The notes beneath the pieces are model-generated. The model was not told where the DNA came from and ran no database searches. It saw only the letters and a list, made by a program, of their open reading frames with translations. The translations under genes were made by a program, and so were the position numbers. Below, piece by piece: positions 27,851 through 38,176 of a DNA stretch of 64,000 nucleotides. Source of the stretch: Myxococcales bacterium (GTDB taxonomy: Bacteria > Desulfobacterota > Binatia > HRBIN30); NCBI GenBank assembly GCA_037445065.1, contig JBBILD010000009.1:1-64000 (forward strand), in the 5' to 3' direction. Every line of letters starts with the position of its first letter. Positions within the stretch are counted from its first letter, which is position 1.

Positions 27851-29824
27851 ATGTCCACACAAGACCGAGTCCTGAGCGAGCGGCAGGCAGAGCTCTGGGG
27901 TGGCGTGGCGCGGGCGATGATCCCCTCGCGCGGACCCTTTCCCATCGGTGCGGACGAGGCAGGGGTGGTGGAAGTCTTGAGCCAGCATCTTAACTACATG
28001 GACGCGAGGGTGCGCGCACAAATCGCGCGACTCATCTGGGCGTGGGAGTTGGGCAACGCGCTGCTGCCCCCGTTTCGGCGGTTCTCGCGGCTTCATCCCG
28101 AGCAACAACAAGAACGCTTGCGGCGGGCGTACCACGGATCGTTGCTACTGCCGCGCCTCATGGTGGAAGGGCTCAAGCAACTGGTCGGCTTCGCGTTTGG
28201 ATCCTCGCCTACGGTGCAGGAGCATTTTGGCGAACGCGGCACCTGCCTCGATCCTAGCCCTCCGCGGCCGGGGCCGCGCTTGCATCCACGGCAATTCCCG
28301 GAGGTGCGCGGCCGGCTCAAGGTACGGGCCGACGTGTGCGTGATCGGCTCGGGCGCGGGCGGGGCGGTGGTCGCCGCCGAATGCGCGCGCGCCGGACTGC
28401 GGGTCGTTGTGTTGGAAGAGGGCGCGTACTTCACGCAAGACGATTTTTCCGACACGCCTTTCGCGCGCATGTTGCGCATGTACCGCAATCATGGCGCCAC
28501 CGTTGCCGTCGGGCGCCCGCCGATTCCGGTGCCGCTCGGGCGCGCGGTCGGCGGCACCACAGTGGTGAATTCGGGCACCTGCTTTCGCACGCCGGAGGCC
28601 GTGCTGCGCCACTTCGTAAAGCGCTACGGACTCGAAGGGTACGAGCCGGAAGCGATGGCACCCTACTTCGAGCGTGTGGAGCGGGAGTTGCACGTCATCC
28701 CGGTGCCGGCAGAGGTTCTCGGCGCCAACGCGCAGTGGTTCGCGCGCGGCGTCCAGCAGCTCGGGATCCAAGGCGCGCCGCTGCGCCGCAATATCGTTGG
28801 TTGCCGCGGCTGCGGCGTGTGCGCGTTTGGCTGCCCGAGCGACGGCAAGCAAGCCATGCACTTGAGCTACTTGCCACGCGCAGAGGCCGCGGGAGCGACC
28901 ATTTTTGCTCGCTGCCGGGCGGAGGAGTTGGTGCGCGCGCAAGGGCGGGTGCGAGGAGTACGCGCGCGTGTGCTCGGCTCCTCCGACCACGAGACAGCCG
29001 GCTGGCTCGAAGTAGAAGCCGAGGTGGTCGTCGTGGCCTGCGGTACGCTGCACACGCCAGGTTTCTTGCGCCGCAACCAGGTGCGCGATCGTAGCGGGCA
29101 GCTCGGGCGTAATTTGTCCCTGCACCCTGCGCTCGGCATCAGTGCTTCCTTCCAGGAACCGATCCACCACTGGCGCGGCACGTTGCAGTCGTACTTCGTG
29201 GACCACCTGCACGCTTCGCTGGGTGTGATGATCGAGGTGACCAGCATGCACCCAGCCATGGCGCTGAGCGCGGCCAAAGGGGTGGGCAGCGAGTTGCAAG
29301 ACTTCCTGGCCGATTTGCCGTACCGCTGCTCCGCAGGGCTGTTCGTTTCGGACACCTCAGCCGGCGAGATTCGCTCCGTTCCCGGCCTCGGCACGCCACT
29401 CGTGCGCTACTCCTTGAACCGGCACGACATGGCGCGCCTGCTGGTCGGCGCTCGCCTGGTGGCGGAGATCTTTCTCGCTGCCGGAGCGCACACCGTGCAC
29501 ACGGGCCTGCCCCACGCGCCCGAGGTGCGCGGGCGTGCGGACCTCGAGCGGCTCGCCGACGCGACACTCTGCAAGCCCACCGATTTGCACCTCGCCGCCT
29601 TTCATCCCATGGGCACCTGCCGCATGGGCCCGCGTGCCGAGGAGGCGGTGGTGGACCTCGACGGACGAGTGCACGGCGAGGCCGGCCTTTACGTGGCTGA
29701 TGCGAGCCTCTTCCCGGAGTGCGTCGGCGTCAACCCACAGGAAACCATCATGGCGTTTGCCACCCGCATCGCGGAGGGCATCGCTGGCCGCCTGGCGCCG
29801 CTGCCCGCAGGAACGCCACAGTGA
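27851..29824 (+). CDS. GMC-family oxidoreductase (long-chain alcohol oxidase-like) with N-terminal helical domain
   Basis: VIGSGAGG, LEEG, GRAVGGTTVVN, CRGCGVCAFGCP, FHPMGTCRMG, DASLFP, GVNPQ. Confidence 0.88.
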   Translation: MSTQDRVLSERQAELWGGVARAMIPSRGPFPIGADEAGVVEVLSQHLNYMDARVRAQIARLIWAWELGNALLPPFRRFSRLHPEQQQERLRRAYHGSLLLPRLMVEGLKQLVGFAFGSSPTVQEHFGERGTCLDPSPPRPGPRLHPRQFPEVRGRLKVRADVCVIGSGAGGAVVAAECARAGLRVVVLEEGAYFTQDDFSDTPFARMLRMYRNHGATVAVGRPPIPVPLGRAVGGTTVVNSGTCFRTPEAVLRHFVKRYGLEGYEPEAMAPYFERVERELHVIPVPAEVLGANAQWFARGVQQLGIQGAPLRRNIVGCRGCGVCAFGCPSDGKQAMHLSYLPRAEAAGATIFARCRAEELVRAQGRVRGVRARVLGSSDHETAGWLEVEAEVVVVACGTLHTPGFLRRNQVRDRSGQLGRNLSLHPALGISASFQEPIHHWRGTLQSYFVDHLHASLGVMIEVTSMHPAMALSAAKGVGSELQDFLADLPYRCSAGLFVSDTSAGEIRSVPGLGTPLVRYSLNRHDMARLLVGARLVAEIFLAAGAHTVHTGLPHAPEVRGRADLERLADATLCKPTDLHLAAFHPMGTCRMGPRAEEAVVDLDGRVHGEAGLYVADASLFPECVGVNPQETIMAFATRIAEGIAGRLAPLPAGTPQ

Positions 29825-29869
29825 TCACGGCCGTAGGCGCGAGGTGCACCCGCACGCGCAGGCCATAAC

Positions 29870-31272
29870 AGACCGGGGACCAGCCCCGGCCGGTGAAGGA
29901 ATCCCTCAACGCTGTCACCACAGAGTGCCGGCTTGCCGATCTCTTTCCGACTGCGGCCCTTGCAAGGAACCGCTCTCGACGACTGGGCTACGATCACGAT
30001 CCTAGTCGAGCGCTTCGCGAGTCGGCCCCGGTACGAGCTTCGCGTTGCGCTTGCGCAAGTAGGTGAGGGCGCCGAAGCGCAGTTGAACGGGGACTGTGCA
30101 GTCCGCTCTTCCAGTCGTGTCTTCTGCTGAACCCTTGCGCTTGCCTTCGGGGGGCAATGGTTCGGCCCCTGCGCGGCCAGAGCGGGGAATGCAGATACGG
30201 CACGGGGTGAGACCAAGTCGCCCCAGCTCCACATCGGCCCGTTGGATGGTCCGGGAGCCGAGGGCTGAACAGCAAACGGAACGTGGCAGCGCTTGCGGAC
30301 TGTAGAGACGCGCGAATCCAGCGCGGCGCGAGCGCGTCCGGAACTCCGCTTTCGGAAGAACCGCGGCAAGCCCCACGCCCCGTCCGCTTGCCCCAGCAAG
30401 TTTGACCCCCACGCCCACGGCGACATCGAGTGGCGGCCGTCTTTCCGCCCGCTCCGCTCGCCAACCAACCCGCCGCGACCGACCAGCAGCGGCAGAGCGT
30501 TGGTCGGCGGCTGGCAGCACCTGCGGCCGTTGCACAGGGGCTCTGCCAGGCAGCGCTGCGGCGCGCGCGACCCGGGCCGCGATTGCGCCGCTCCACGCTC
30601 CCGGCGCGCATCGCCCCGGAACCGAGGATTCCGTTCCGCGTCTTCGCCTTTGCCGGGGCGATCGGCCCCAGCTCCCAACACCAGGAACGCCAGGGCGGTG
30701 TGCACAGGCAACGAAGGCGTTGCCGTCTTCATCCTTTCCCGCCGCGCAATCCCGCTCGTGAGTCACCCGCTCGCGCGCACACCAAGTCCGATCTCTGCGG
30801 GCACCCTTACGACCACGGGCAGGAAAGCAACGGACACGCGGCCGCACATTGCACCCTAGCCCCCGATGCCCACGCAGAGACCGACTTGCACTTTCGCCCC
30901 GCTGTTCTCCCACACTCCTTCACCCACGGGCACGCCGACCGCTCCTCCTAGCCCCACACCTATGCTCCCCGCCGTCCAAGAGAACGAGGCACGCGCACAC
31001 CGACGGAAACACCGACTCCGCCGCCGAGCCCCAGGGCCAGACCAGCATGGGGGCCACACCCACACTTCCCCCGTCCGGCAACCCACCACGCGCGTGGGAG
31101 ACTGTTGCGGTCTGGTGACGTCCGCGTGGAGGAAATCATCGCCGGAGCGAACCTCCTCCTTGCCTTCCAGCCCCGATCCATGTGCGCCGTGCTCGACCGC
31201 AACCAAGGTGGCCAGTTGATCGTGCAGGAGCGGATCAACACTGGGAACAACCCACAGCCCGGCTGCCACAGG
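29870..31272 (+). pseudogene. Decayed secreted protein with Pro/Thr linker and dockerin-like C-terminus; left boundary uncertain
   Basis: PT-rich fragments at about 30860-31080, then (R)VGDCCG / SGDVRVEEIIAGANLLL...CAVLDRNQGGQLIVQE...PGC split by a frameshift near 31110. Confidence 0.5.
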
Positions 31273-31814
31273 GACGGCGAGCGGAGACTCTCGGAGTGGC
31301 GCCACGCTGATTTGCGCCGGGTCGGAGCGGCAAGGGGCGAGCGCTCGGAAACGACCCGGTAAAAGCCTACTGCGCCTGGCGGCGCAACGAAGAGGAGCGG
31401 TTGGCAAGCTCCCTGCCAGGAGAGTTCACCAAGGCGGGCGCTTCGCCGCGGCCACCATCCGCGCCCTCGCTCCGTTTTGCCTGCCAGGCCCAAAGCGCCG
31501 GGTCGCCTGCGCGATGGCGCGGCCTTTCAGACTTGCCCGCTGCAAAGCATTCGAGGGGCCCCGGTGTTCTCGGCAAGGGAGCCACGGGTGGCCGCGCCGT
31601 CTCCCAATAGGTAACTCCCGCCCGCAGGCGCTCACCGTTGCCGCCTCGTCCATTGCGAGGCGGACGAGCATACAAGTCCCCCAAAAGGCACCGGCTCCTC
31701 CTCGGGGCGCTACCCGCCACTGGGCTCCACTGGTTGCTAGCCGCCTGCGCCCGACGCGCAAATTTGCCACCCAGGACTGCCCACCTTGCCGAGTACACTG
31801 GAGCGCGACGCCAG

Positions 31815-32561
31815 TTACCGCGGCAAGCGGGCAACAAAATCCGTCAGCGTCTCCACCACGCGCTCGGCAGCCAAGCCACGCCCTTCCGATTCGCGGAAAC
31901 TCGGGAACAAGGCGTGGCGGCCGCGCTCGATCAGAAACGTGTGCACGCCGGCGCGGGTGCCGCCCAGGATGTCTTCCACGTACATATCACCGACGTGCAC
32001 GTGTTCCTCTGGCTGTACGCCAGCGCGTTCTAGGGTGCGGGCGAAAATGCGGGCATCGGGCTTGCGAGTCCCTTCGCAGGCCGACACCACAACATAATCG
32101 AGCTGCTCGAGGATACCGAGCCGTTCGAGCAAGCGGGGCATGTCCGACGGGGCATTCGAGAGCACCCCCACCCGCAAGCCGCGCGCACGCAAGGCGGCAA
32201 TCGTCTCGGGAACATCAGGGAACAGTTGCCACTGTTCTGGGTGCCAAAAGCGAGCGAAGAACTCGCTCATGAGCTGCTCGTGCCCATCTTCGACCCCTAG
32301 TTGGTGGAACACCAACTGCCCGAGCATGCGAAACTGCTGGGCGAACTCTTCGTCCGAGTCCGTGTACTGGCGCTCCTGTTCCAATTCGCGGCTTGCCCGC
32401 TCCTGTCCAACCACCCACAACGCGCGCACCAGCCGCTCGGTTTCCGCGGCGCTCACTGGTCGCCCGGCTTTCGTGCACAGGTCGGCAAAGATCTCCCACA
32501 TGGACTCGCGCGGATAGGCCAGCGTCCAACCCACATCCAGCGACACCGCTCGGATCGGCAT
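31815..32561 (-). CDS. HAD-superfamily hydrolase (IA)
   Basis: LDVGWTL, VLSNA, RKPDARIF, HVGD...EDI.G. Confidence 0.88.
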   Translation of the reverse strand: MPIRAVSLDVGWTLAYPRESMWEIFADLCTKAGRPVSAAETERLVRALWVVGQERASRELEQERQYTDSDEEFAQQFRMLGQLVFHQLGVEDGHEQLMSEFFARFWHPEQWQLFPDVPETIAALRARGLRVGVLSNAPSDMPRLLERLGILEQLDYVVVSACEGTRKPDARIFARTLERAGVQPEEHVHVGDMYVEDILGGTRAGVHTFLIERGRHALFPSFRESEGRGLAAERVVETLTDFVARLPR

Positions 32562-32648
32562 GGGTACTTTGAAAGCACAGCGCCCGTTTTGGCGCCAGAA
32601 GCCGGCCCACCTTGCGTTGCCCTGCGCTCCGGTTATTGAGGCCGGCTC

Positions 32649-33437
32649 ATGTGGTGGAAGGCCGCGCTGCTCGGGGTGGTAGAGGGGCTAACGGAGTTTT
32701 TACCGATTTCCTCCACCGGCCACCTGATCCTGGCGGCCGACCTCGTCAACTACCCGGCGCGGCAGCGTGTGACCTTCGAAATCTTCATTCAGCTCGGAGC
32801 CATTCTGGCGGTGGTGTGGCTCTACCGCCACTCGCTGTGGGAACTGGTGCGGCAAGCACCGCGGCAAGCGCGAGCGCGCGCCACGCTCGGGAAGGTGTTC
32901 GTCGCTTTCCTGCCCGCGGCAAGCGCTGGATTTTTGTTTCACCGTGTGATCGAAGCTCACCTGTTCCGGCCTTGGGTGGTGGCAACGAGCTTAATCCTCG
33001 GCGGAGTGGTGCTTTTGTGGTTGGAGAGCAAGGATCATCGGGGCGAGCAGCGGGAGCTGGACGAAATCGGCTGGCGCCAGGCGCTGTGGATCGGAGTGGT
33101 GCAGGTTGCCTCGCTGGTTCCTGGCGTGTCGCGTGCAGCGGCTACGATTGCTGGTGGGTTGTGGGTGGGGCTCGAGCGGCCGCTGGCGACGCAGTTTTCC
33201 TTTTACCTCGCCATCCCCACGCTTGGCGCGGCCAGCTTGTACAGCCTCTTCCAAGCGCGTTCCGAACTTACCTTCGCCGAGGCTGGCCCGCTCGCGCTGG
33301 GTTTCGGAATGGCGTTCGTATCCGCTGCGATTGCCGTACAGACCTTGATCCGCTTCGTGCAGCGCCACACTTTCCGCGTGTTTGCCTACTACCGAATTGC
33401 GCTCGGACTGATCGTGTTCTGGTTTTGGAGGGGATAA
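32649..33437 (+). CDS. uppP: Undecaprenyl-diphosphate phosphatase
   Basis: VEGLTEFLPISSTGHL, IQLGAILA, PGVSR, FSFYLAIP, FAYYRI. Confidence 0.93.
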   Translation: MWWKAALLGVVEGLTEFLPISSTGHLILAADLVNYPARQRVTFEIFIQLGAILAVVWLYRHSLWELVRQAPRQARARATLGKVFVAFLPAASAGFLFHRVIEAHLFRPWVVATSLILGGVVLLWLESKDHRGEQRELDEIGWRQALWIGVVQVASLVPGVSRAAATIAGGLWVGLERPLATQFSFYLAIPTLGAASLYSLFQARSELTFAEAGPLALGFGMAFVSAAIAVQTLIRFVQRHTFRVFAYYRIALGLIVFWFWRG

Positions 33438-33473
33438 GTGGGCCGAACATCGCCCGCGTCGAGTGAGGAGGCC

Positions 33474-34904
33474 ATGGCATCGAGAACGAAGCAGTGGTTT
33501 CGCGTCAAACCCATCCACATGGTGGAGGAGGACCTGGCAGGAGAAAACCGCTTGCGCCGAGCGCTGGGCCCCGTGCAGCTCACCTCCCTGGGAGTGGGAG
33601 CGATCATTGGCGCAGGCATTTTCGTGCTCACCGGCCTTGCGGCGCACGATTACGCTGGGCCAGCGCTGATCCTATCGTTCGTCATTGCAGGCTTGGGCTG
33701 TGCGTTCGCGGCGCTTTGCTACGCCGAGTTCGCAGCCATGATCCCGGTGGCCGGAAGCGCGTACACCTATGCTTACGCCACGCTGGGGGAGTTGCTGGCC
33801 TGGATCATCGGCTGGGATCTGATCCTCGAATACGGCATGGCCTCGGCGACCGTGGCGCACGGCTGGTCGAAGTACTTCCTGCACTTGCTCGAGTTGTTCA
33901 ACGTCCACTTGCCGGTGCAAATCAGTTCCGATCCGTTCAGCACGCCGGGAGCGTGGTTCAATTTGCCGGCTGCAGTGATCGTCCTCATCGTGACCACCGT
34001 GCTGGTCATCGGCATCCGCGAAAGTGCCACCTTCAACGCTACCATGGTGGTGCTCAAACTGTCCGTCATCTTGTTCGTGATCGGGTTGGGGGCGTTCTAC
34101 GTTGACCCGAGCAATTGGTCTCCGTTTCTCCCCTTTGGCTGGAAAGGCGTGGCAGCGGGAGCCGCCTACGTGTTTTTCGCCTACATCGGCTTCGACTCGG
34201 TCTCCACCCAAGCGGAGGAGGCGCGCAACCCGCAGCGTGACGTGCCCATCGGGATCATCGCCTCGCTGGCGATTTGCACGCTGCTCTACATTGCCGTGGC
34301 CGCGGTGCTCACCGGCATGGTGCCGTACACCGAAATTGACGTGGACGCCCCGCTGGCAGCGGCCTTTGCCCGCTACGGCATCTCGGCGGCCGTGCTGATT
34401 ATTTCCGTGGGCGCGGTGGCCGGGATCACCAGTGTTCTTTTGGTGCTCATGCTCGCCCAGCCGCGCGTGTTTTTCGCGATGGCACGCGACGGGCTGTTGC
34501 CACAAGAGTTTTTCGGCCGTGTCCACCCGCGTTTCCGCACACCCCACCGTTCGACGATCCTCACCGGCTCCATCGTGGCGGTGGTGGCCGCACTACTACC
34601 GATCCACACCCTGGCAGAAATGGTCAACATCGGCACCCTGTTCGCCTTCGTGGTGGTGTGCGCGGCGGTGCTGATCATGCGCTACACGAATCCTGACCAA
34701 CCGAGGCCGTTCCGCACGCCGTTGTTTCCCTTGGTGCCCATCCTCGGGATTTTGTTCAATGTGGGTATGATGGTGTCTCTCGGCTCCCATAACTGGATGC
34801 GGCTCGTGATCTGGCTCGCAATCGGACTCGCCATATACTTCTCGTACAGCCAGTTCCATAGCCGCCTGGCGAAGCGGCAGGCTGCGGCCGCTCGGCCGCA
34901 CTGA
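33474..34904 (+). CDS. APC-family amino acid permease (CAT-like)
   Basis: GAGGAGG RBS; GAIIGAGIF, CYAEFAAMIPVAGSAYTY, FFAYIGFD, MVNIGTL. Confidence 0.92.
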   Translation: MASRTKQWFRVKPIHMVEEDLAGENRLRRALGPVQLTSLGVGAIIGAGIFVLTGLAAHDYAGPALILSFVIAGLGCAFAALCYAEFAAMIPVAGSAYTYAYATLGELLAWIIGWDLILEYGMASATVAHGWSKYFLHLLELFNVHLPVQISSDPFSTPGAWFNLPAAVIVLIVTTVLVIGIRESATFNATMVVLKLSVILFVIGLGAFYVDPSNWSPFLPFGWKGVAAGAAYVFFAYIGFDSVSTQAEEARNPQRDVPIGIIASLAICTLLYIAVAAVLTGMVPYTEIDVDAPLAAAFARYGISAAVLIISVGAVAGITSVLLVLMLAQPRVFFAMARDGLLPQEFFGRVHPRFRTPHRSTILTGSIVAVVAALLPIHTLAEMVNIGTLFAFVVVCAAVLIMRYTNPDQPRPFRTPLFPLVPILGILFNVGMMVSLGSHNWMRLVIWLAIGLAIYFSYSQFHSRLAKRQAAAARPH

Positions 34905-34928
34905 ACCGGGCCGAGCACGGCGGATGAA

Positions 34929-36380
34929 GTGACCATGACGGCCGGGGCTCCTCCACAAGAACTCGATCAAGGGAGCGCGAGGCCGGTCGAATTCGCGCGC
35001 GTTCTCGGCCTGTGGGACGCCACCGCGATCGTTGCCGGCTCGATGATCGGTTCGGGCATTTTCCTGGTCAGCGCGGACATTGCTCGGCAAGTGCAGGCTC
35101 CCGTTTGGCTGCTAGCGGTGTGGGGACTCACCGCCGTGCTGACCGTGATGGGGGCGCTCATTTACGGGGAGCTGGCGGCAATGATGCCGCGTGCCGGCGG
35201 GCAGTACGTGTACCTGCGCGAAGCGTACGGGCCGCTGCTCGGGTTCCTCTACGGGTGGACGCTGTTCACAGTCATCCAGACCGGCACGATCGCTGCGGTG
35301 GCGGTGGCCTTCGCGCGTTTCACTGCGGTGCTGTTCCCGTGGCTCGAAAGTGGGCCGGTGGCCCCCTTTGTGCTCGACCGCCAGCGCCTGCTCGCCATTG
35401 CCGTGATCGCCTTGCTCACTTGGGTCAACACGATGGGCGTGCACACCGGGCGGCTCGTGCAAAACGTGTTCACCGCAGGCAAGGTCGGCTCGCTGTTGTT
35501 GCTGGCGCTTCTCGGCGCCCTGTTCGCGCCCGCGCGCGGCGCCGGGGAGGCGAACTGGGAGTGGTTTTGGGGGCGAGAACCACTCGCCTTGGGCGCCTTG
35601 CTGCCCGCATTTGGCGCCGCCATGGTGGGGGCGCTGTTTTCCGCCGATGCGTGGAACAACGTGACCTTTGCGGCCGCCGAAGTGCGCCAGCCGCAAAGAA
35701 CCATCCCCGCGAGCCTGGTGCTCGGAGCCGCGCTGGTGACCGGCCTCTACTTCCTCACCAACGTTGTGTACCTGGCGATCTTGCCACTATGGGGCGACCC
35801 GCAAGGGTCCACGGCACTCGCGCGGGGGATCCAGTACGCGAGCAACGACCGGGTTGCCACCGCTGCCATGGAGGTGCTGTTCGGAAGCGCCGGAACGGTG
35901 GTCATGGCCGCAGCCATCATGGTGTCCACCTTCGGCTGCGCCAACGGCTTGATCCTGGCCGGAGCGCGCGTGTACCACGCCATGGCCCACGATGGCTTGT
36001 TCTTCCGCATCGCTGGCTTCCTCAACACCCGCCGGGTGCCGGGAGCCGCACTCGTGCTGCAAGGAGTCTGGGCGAGTTTCCTGGTGCTGTCGGGCACGTA
36101 TAGCGACTTGCTCGACTACGTGATCTTTGCCGCACTATTGTTTTACGCGCTCACGGCTGCGGGCGTGTTCGTGCTGCGCTGGCGGGAGCCAGCACGGCAA
36201 CGCCCCTACCGGGTCGTCGCTTACCCATACCTCCCTGCGCTCTATATCCTGCTCACCGGTGCGATCCTCGCTGACCTTCTCCTGGTCAAGCCGCGCTACA
36301 CCTGGCCCGGGCTCGGCTTGGTTCTCTGCGGAGTCCCCGTGTATTGGCTCGCCCGCCGTCGCGGCTTACAGGGCGTTTGA
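34929..36380 (+). CDS. APC-family amino acid permease (LAT/SteT-like)
   Basis: GSMIGSGIF, ELAAMMPRAGGQYVYL, FSADAWNN, STFGCANG. Confidence 0.92.
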   Translation: MTMTAGAPPQELDQGSARPVEFARVLGLWDATAIVAGSMIGSGIFLVSADIARQVQAPVWLLAVWGLTAVLTVMGALIYGELAAMMPRAGGQYVYLREAYGPLLGFLYGWTLFTVIQTGTIAAVAVAFARFTAVLFPWLESGPVAPFVLDRQRLLAIAVIALLTWVNTMGVHTGRLVQNVFTAGKVGSLLLLALLGALFAPARGAGEANWEWFWGREPLALGALLPAFGAAMVGALFSADAWNNVTFAAAEVRQPQRTIPASLVLGAALVTGLYFLTNVVYLAILPLWGDPQGSTALARGIQYASNDRVATAAMEVLFGSAGTVVMAAAIMVSTFGCANGLILAGARVYHAMAHDGLFFRIAGFLNTRRVPGAALVLQGVWASFLVLSGTYSDLLDYVIFAALLFYALTAAGVFVLRWREPARQRPYRVVAYPYLPALYILLTGAILADLLLVKPRYTWPGLGLVLCGVPVYWLARRRGLQGV

Positions 36381-36733
36381 TTTGGCTGGCGGGCGCGGTC
36401 TTCCGCGCAACAGTCCGGGCTATGGCGAGCGCTGCACATTTCCCGAGCGGAGAGGATTCCGACCGATCTTCCCGATGAAGAACCGCTCCGCCAGCACCCC
36501 AAACCTCCGAGGCGAGGCTCCGCCATCGTCATCCAACCCCTCGGATCCAACAAGGGGGCAACGCAACACGGGTAACGGTGCTTCTGCCGGGGACCGAAGA
36601 ACACAACGCCGGGTGCCGCGATTATCACGTTCGCGGCAACACGCGCCACTCGTCGGCTATGCACGAAGACGATTCTCGGAGACGCGCACTAGGCCTTGCC
36701 CGCTGCAGGCACCTCGAAGGTAGCACGATGCGG

Positions 36734-38176
36734 TTACCGAAGACCGTTTGGGAAGGCAGTAGCCGAAATGGATCGCACCTGCCGCTCGCGCAAGATGCGC
36801 TCGCTGGCCAGCAGGCGCGACGTAACCAGCGCGCGAGGTGCAAGCCCGAAGCCTACGAGGACGATGACCAGCGCTGAAAACGCCCACGCCTCACGGCTGG
36901 TCAGTCCTAGCTTTAGGCCAGGGTGGAGGCGCGCATCGGAGCGGCCGCAAAACAGGGAAAAGTACATGCGCAGCACGGCAAGCCCGGTGAGCGCCGAGGC
37001 GACAACCACCGCTAACCCCATCACCGGGAAGGCCTGTACGGCACCTTGCACCAGTAACTCCTGGCCCACAAAACCCAGCGTTCCAGGAAAGCCGGTGCAC
37101 GCCAGGCCCATGGTGAGGAAGGCCACAGCGAGGAGGCGCATCCGCTCGTAGCCGCCGTGATACGTAGCGAGACCGAGCCGCCCCCGGCGTGCCTCGAGAA
37201 CGAGCACACAGCGGGCAAGGCCCGCAAAACTTAGGCCCGCCGACAGCCAAACAAGCAGCCCACCTGTAAGCGCGGCCACACTCGTACAGTCGAGCCCCGC
37301 CATCACCAGGGCCGATTGGCTCATAAACAAATAGCCACAGGCCCGCCGTGCACTCCTCTGCACCAGCGCCAGCGCGGCCCCGTAAACCGCGGTGACCAGA
37401 GCGAGCAACGCAATCGAGCGAAGCATCTCCGGTGAGGCCCGCGGTACAATTAGAATCACCGTGAGGTAAGCGCCCAACTGCGGACCGCAAAATAGGATGG
37501 CCGGCCCCAACCGCCCGTGATCGAAGACCTCCGGCACCCAGGCGTGAAATGGGACAATCCCCTTGCGAATCATCGCGGCGATCACGATCAACCACATCGC
37601 CACCGCTTCCAGCGCGGAGTGATGCGTCGCGCGCGGGCCCACAAGCAGCGCCACGCCAAGACCCAAAAGGAGCGTCGAAAGCCCGAGATAGGCGGCCGCC
37701 ACTTGCCGTTGGTAGCGATGCGCCGGACCGCCGATTGCGGCGAGAAAGGTAGCCACCGAAGCAGCCCACAGAGCGAAGAGCGCGACCGCACTCTCGGTCA
37801 TGAAAGAGGCGAGGGTCAGCAAGGACGCCAGCGCCGTGCGACGCAGCCCGCCACGGCCCAAACCCGCACGGGGAGTGACAGCGACGGTGAGCAACCACAG
37901 GCCAGCAGCAAAGGGCAGCAACACAGCCGCGAGCCCGTCGATCCGGATCAACGCCTCCTCCGCCCCGTCCCAACGCAACCACCCGGTGCGCAGGGAAAAA
38001 GCTCGCACTTGGGGGGAGAGAGCAACCACGAGAGTGACCGCCAACAAGGCGATTGCCGCAGACACTGCGAGGCGACGTAACCGTTCGACCTCGAGCGGGA
38101 GATACGAAGCCGCGATCACGGCTGTGGGCAGCACCGCGATCGCGGTCAACCAAACGGGAGCGTCACTCGTCCCCAT
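36734..38176 (-). CDS. Proton-conducting membrane subunit (NuoM/NuoL-like), second DAB-associated membrane protein
   Basis: RKGIVPFHAWVP, YLFMSQS, LACTGFPGTLGFVGQE; overlaps the end of dabB. Confidence 0.8.
   Translation of the reverse strand: MGTSDAPVWLTAIAVLPTAVIAASYLPLEVERLRRLAVSAAIALLAVTLVVALSPQVRAFSLRTGWLRWDGAEEALIRIDGLAAVLLPFAAGLWLLTVAVTPRAGLGRGGLRRTALASLLTLASFMTESAVALFALWAASVATFLAAIGGPAHRYQRQVAAAYLGLSTLLLGLGVALLVGPRATHHSALEAVAMWLIVIAAMIRKGIVPFHAWVPEVFDHGRLGPAILFCGPQLGAYLTVILIVPRASPEMLRSIALLALVTAVYGAALALVQRSARRACGYLFMSQSALVMAGLDCTSVAALTGGLLVWLSAGLSFAGLARCVLVLEARRGRLGLATYHGGYERMRLLAVAFLTMGLACTGFPGTLGFVGQELLVQGAVQAFPVMGLAVVVASALTGLAVLRMYFSLFCGRSDARLHPGLKLGLTSREAWAFSALVIVLVGFGLAPRALVTSRLLASERILRERQVRSISATAFPNGLR

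Noticed and set aside
26119..27993. 624-aa plus-strand ORF
   Set aside because: Shadow of the devB/devC region.
36545..36635. attC-like site (ATCCAAC...GTTCGCG), with similar weak candidates near 43300-43530 and 48883-48942
   Set aside because: R-box complementarity is poor and no integron integrase is present; only an attC covariance-model hit would revive this.
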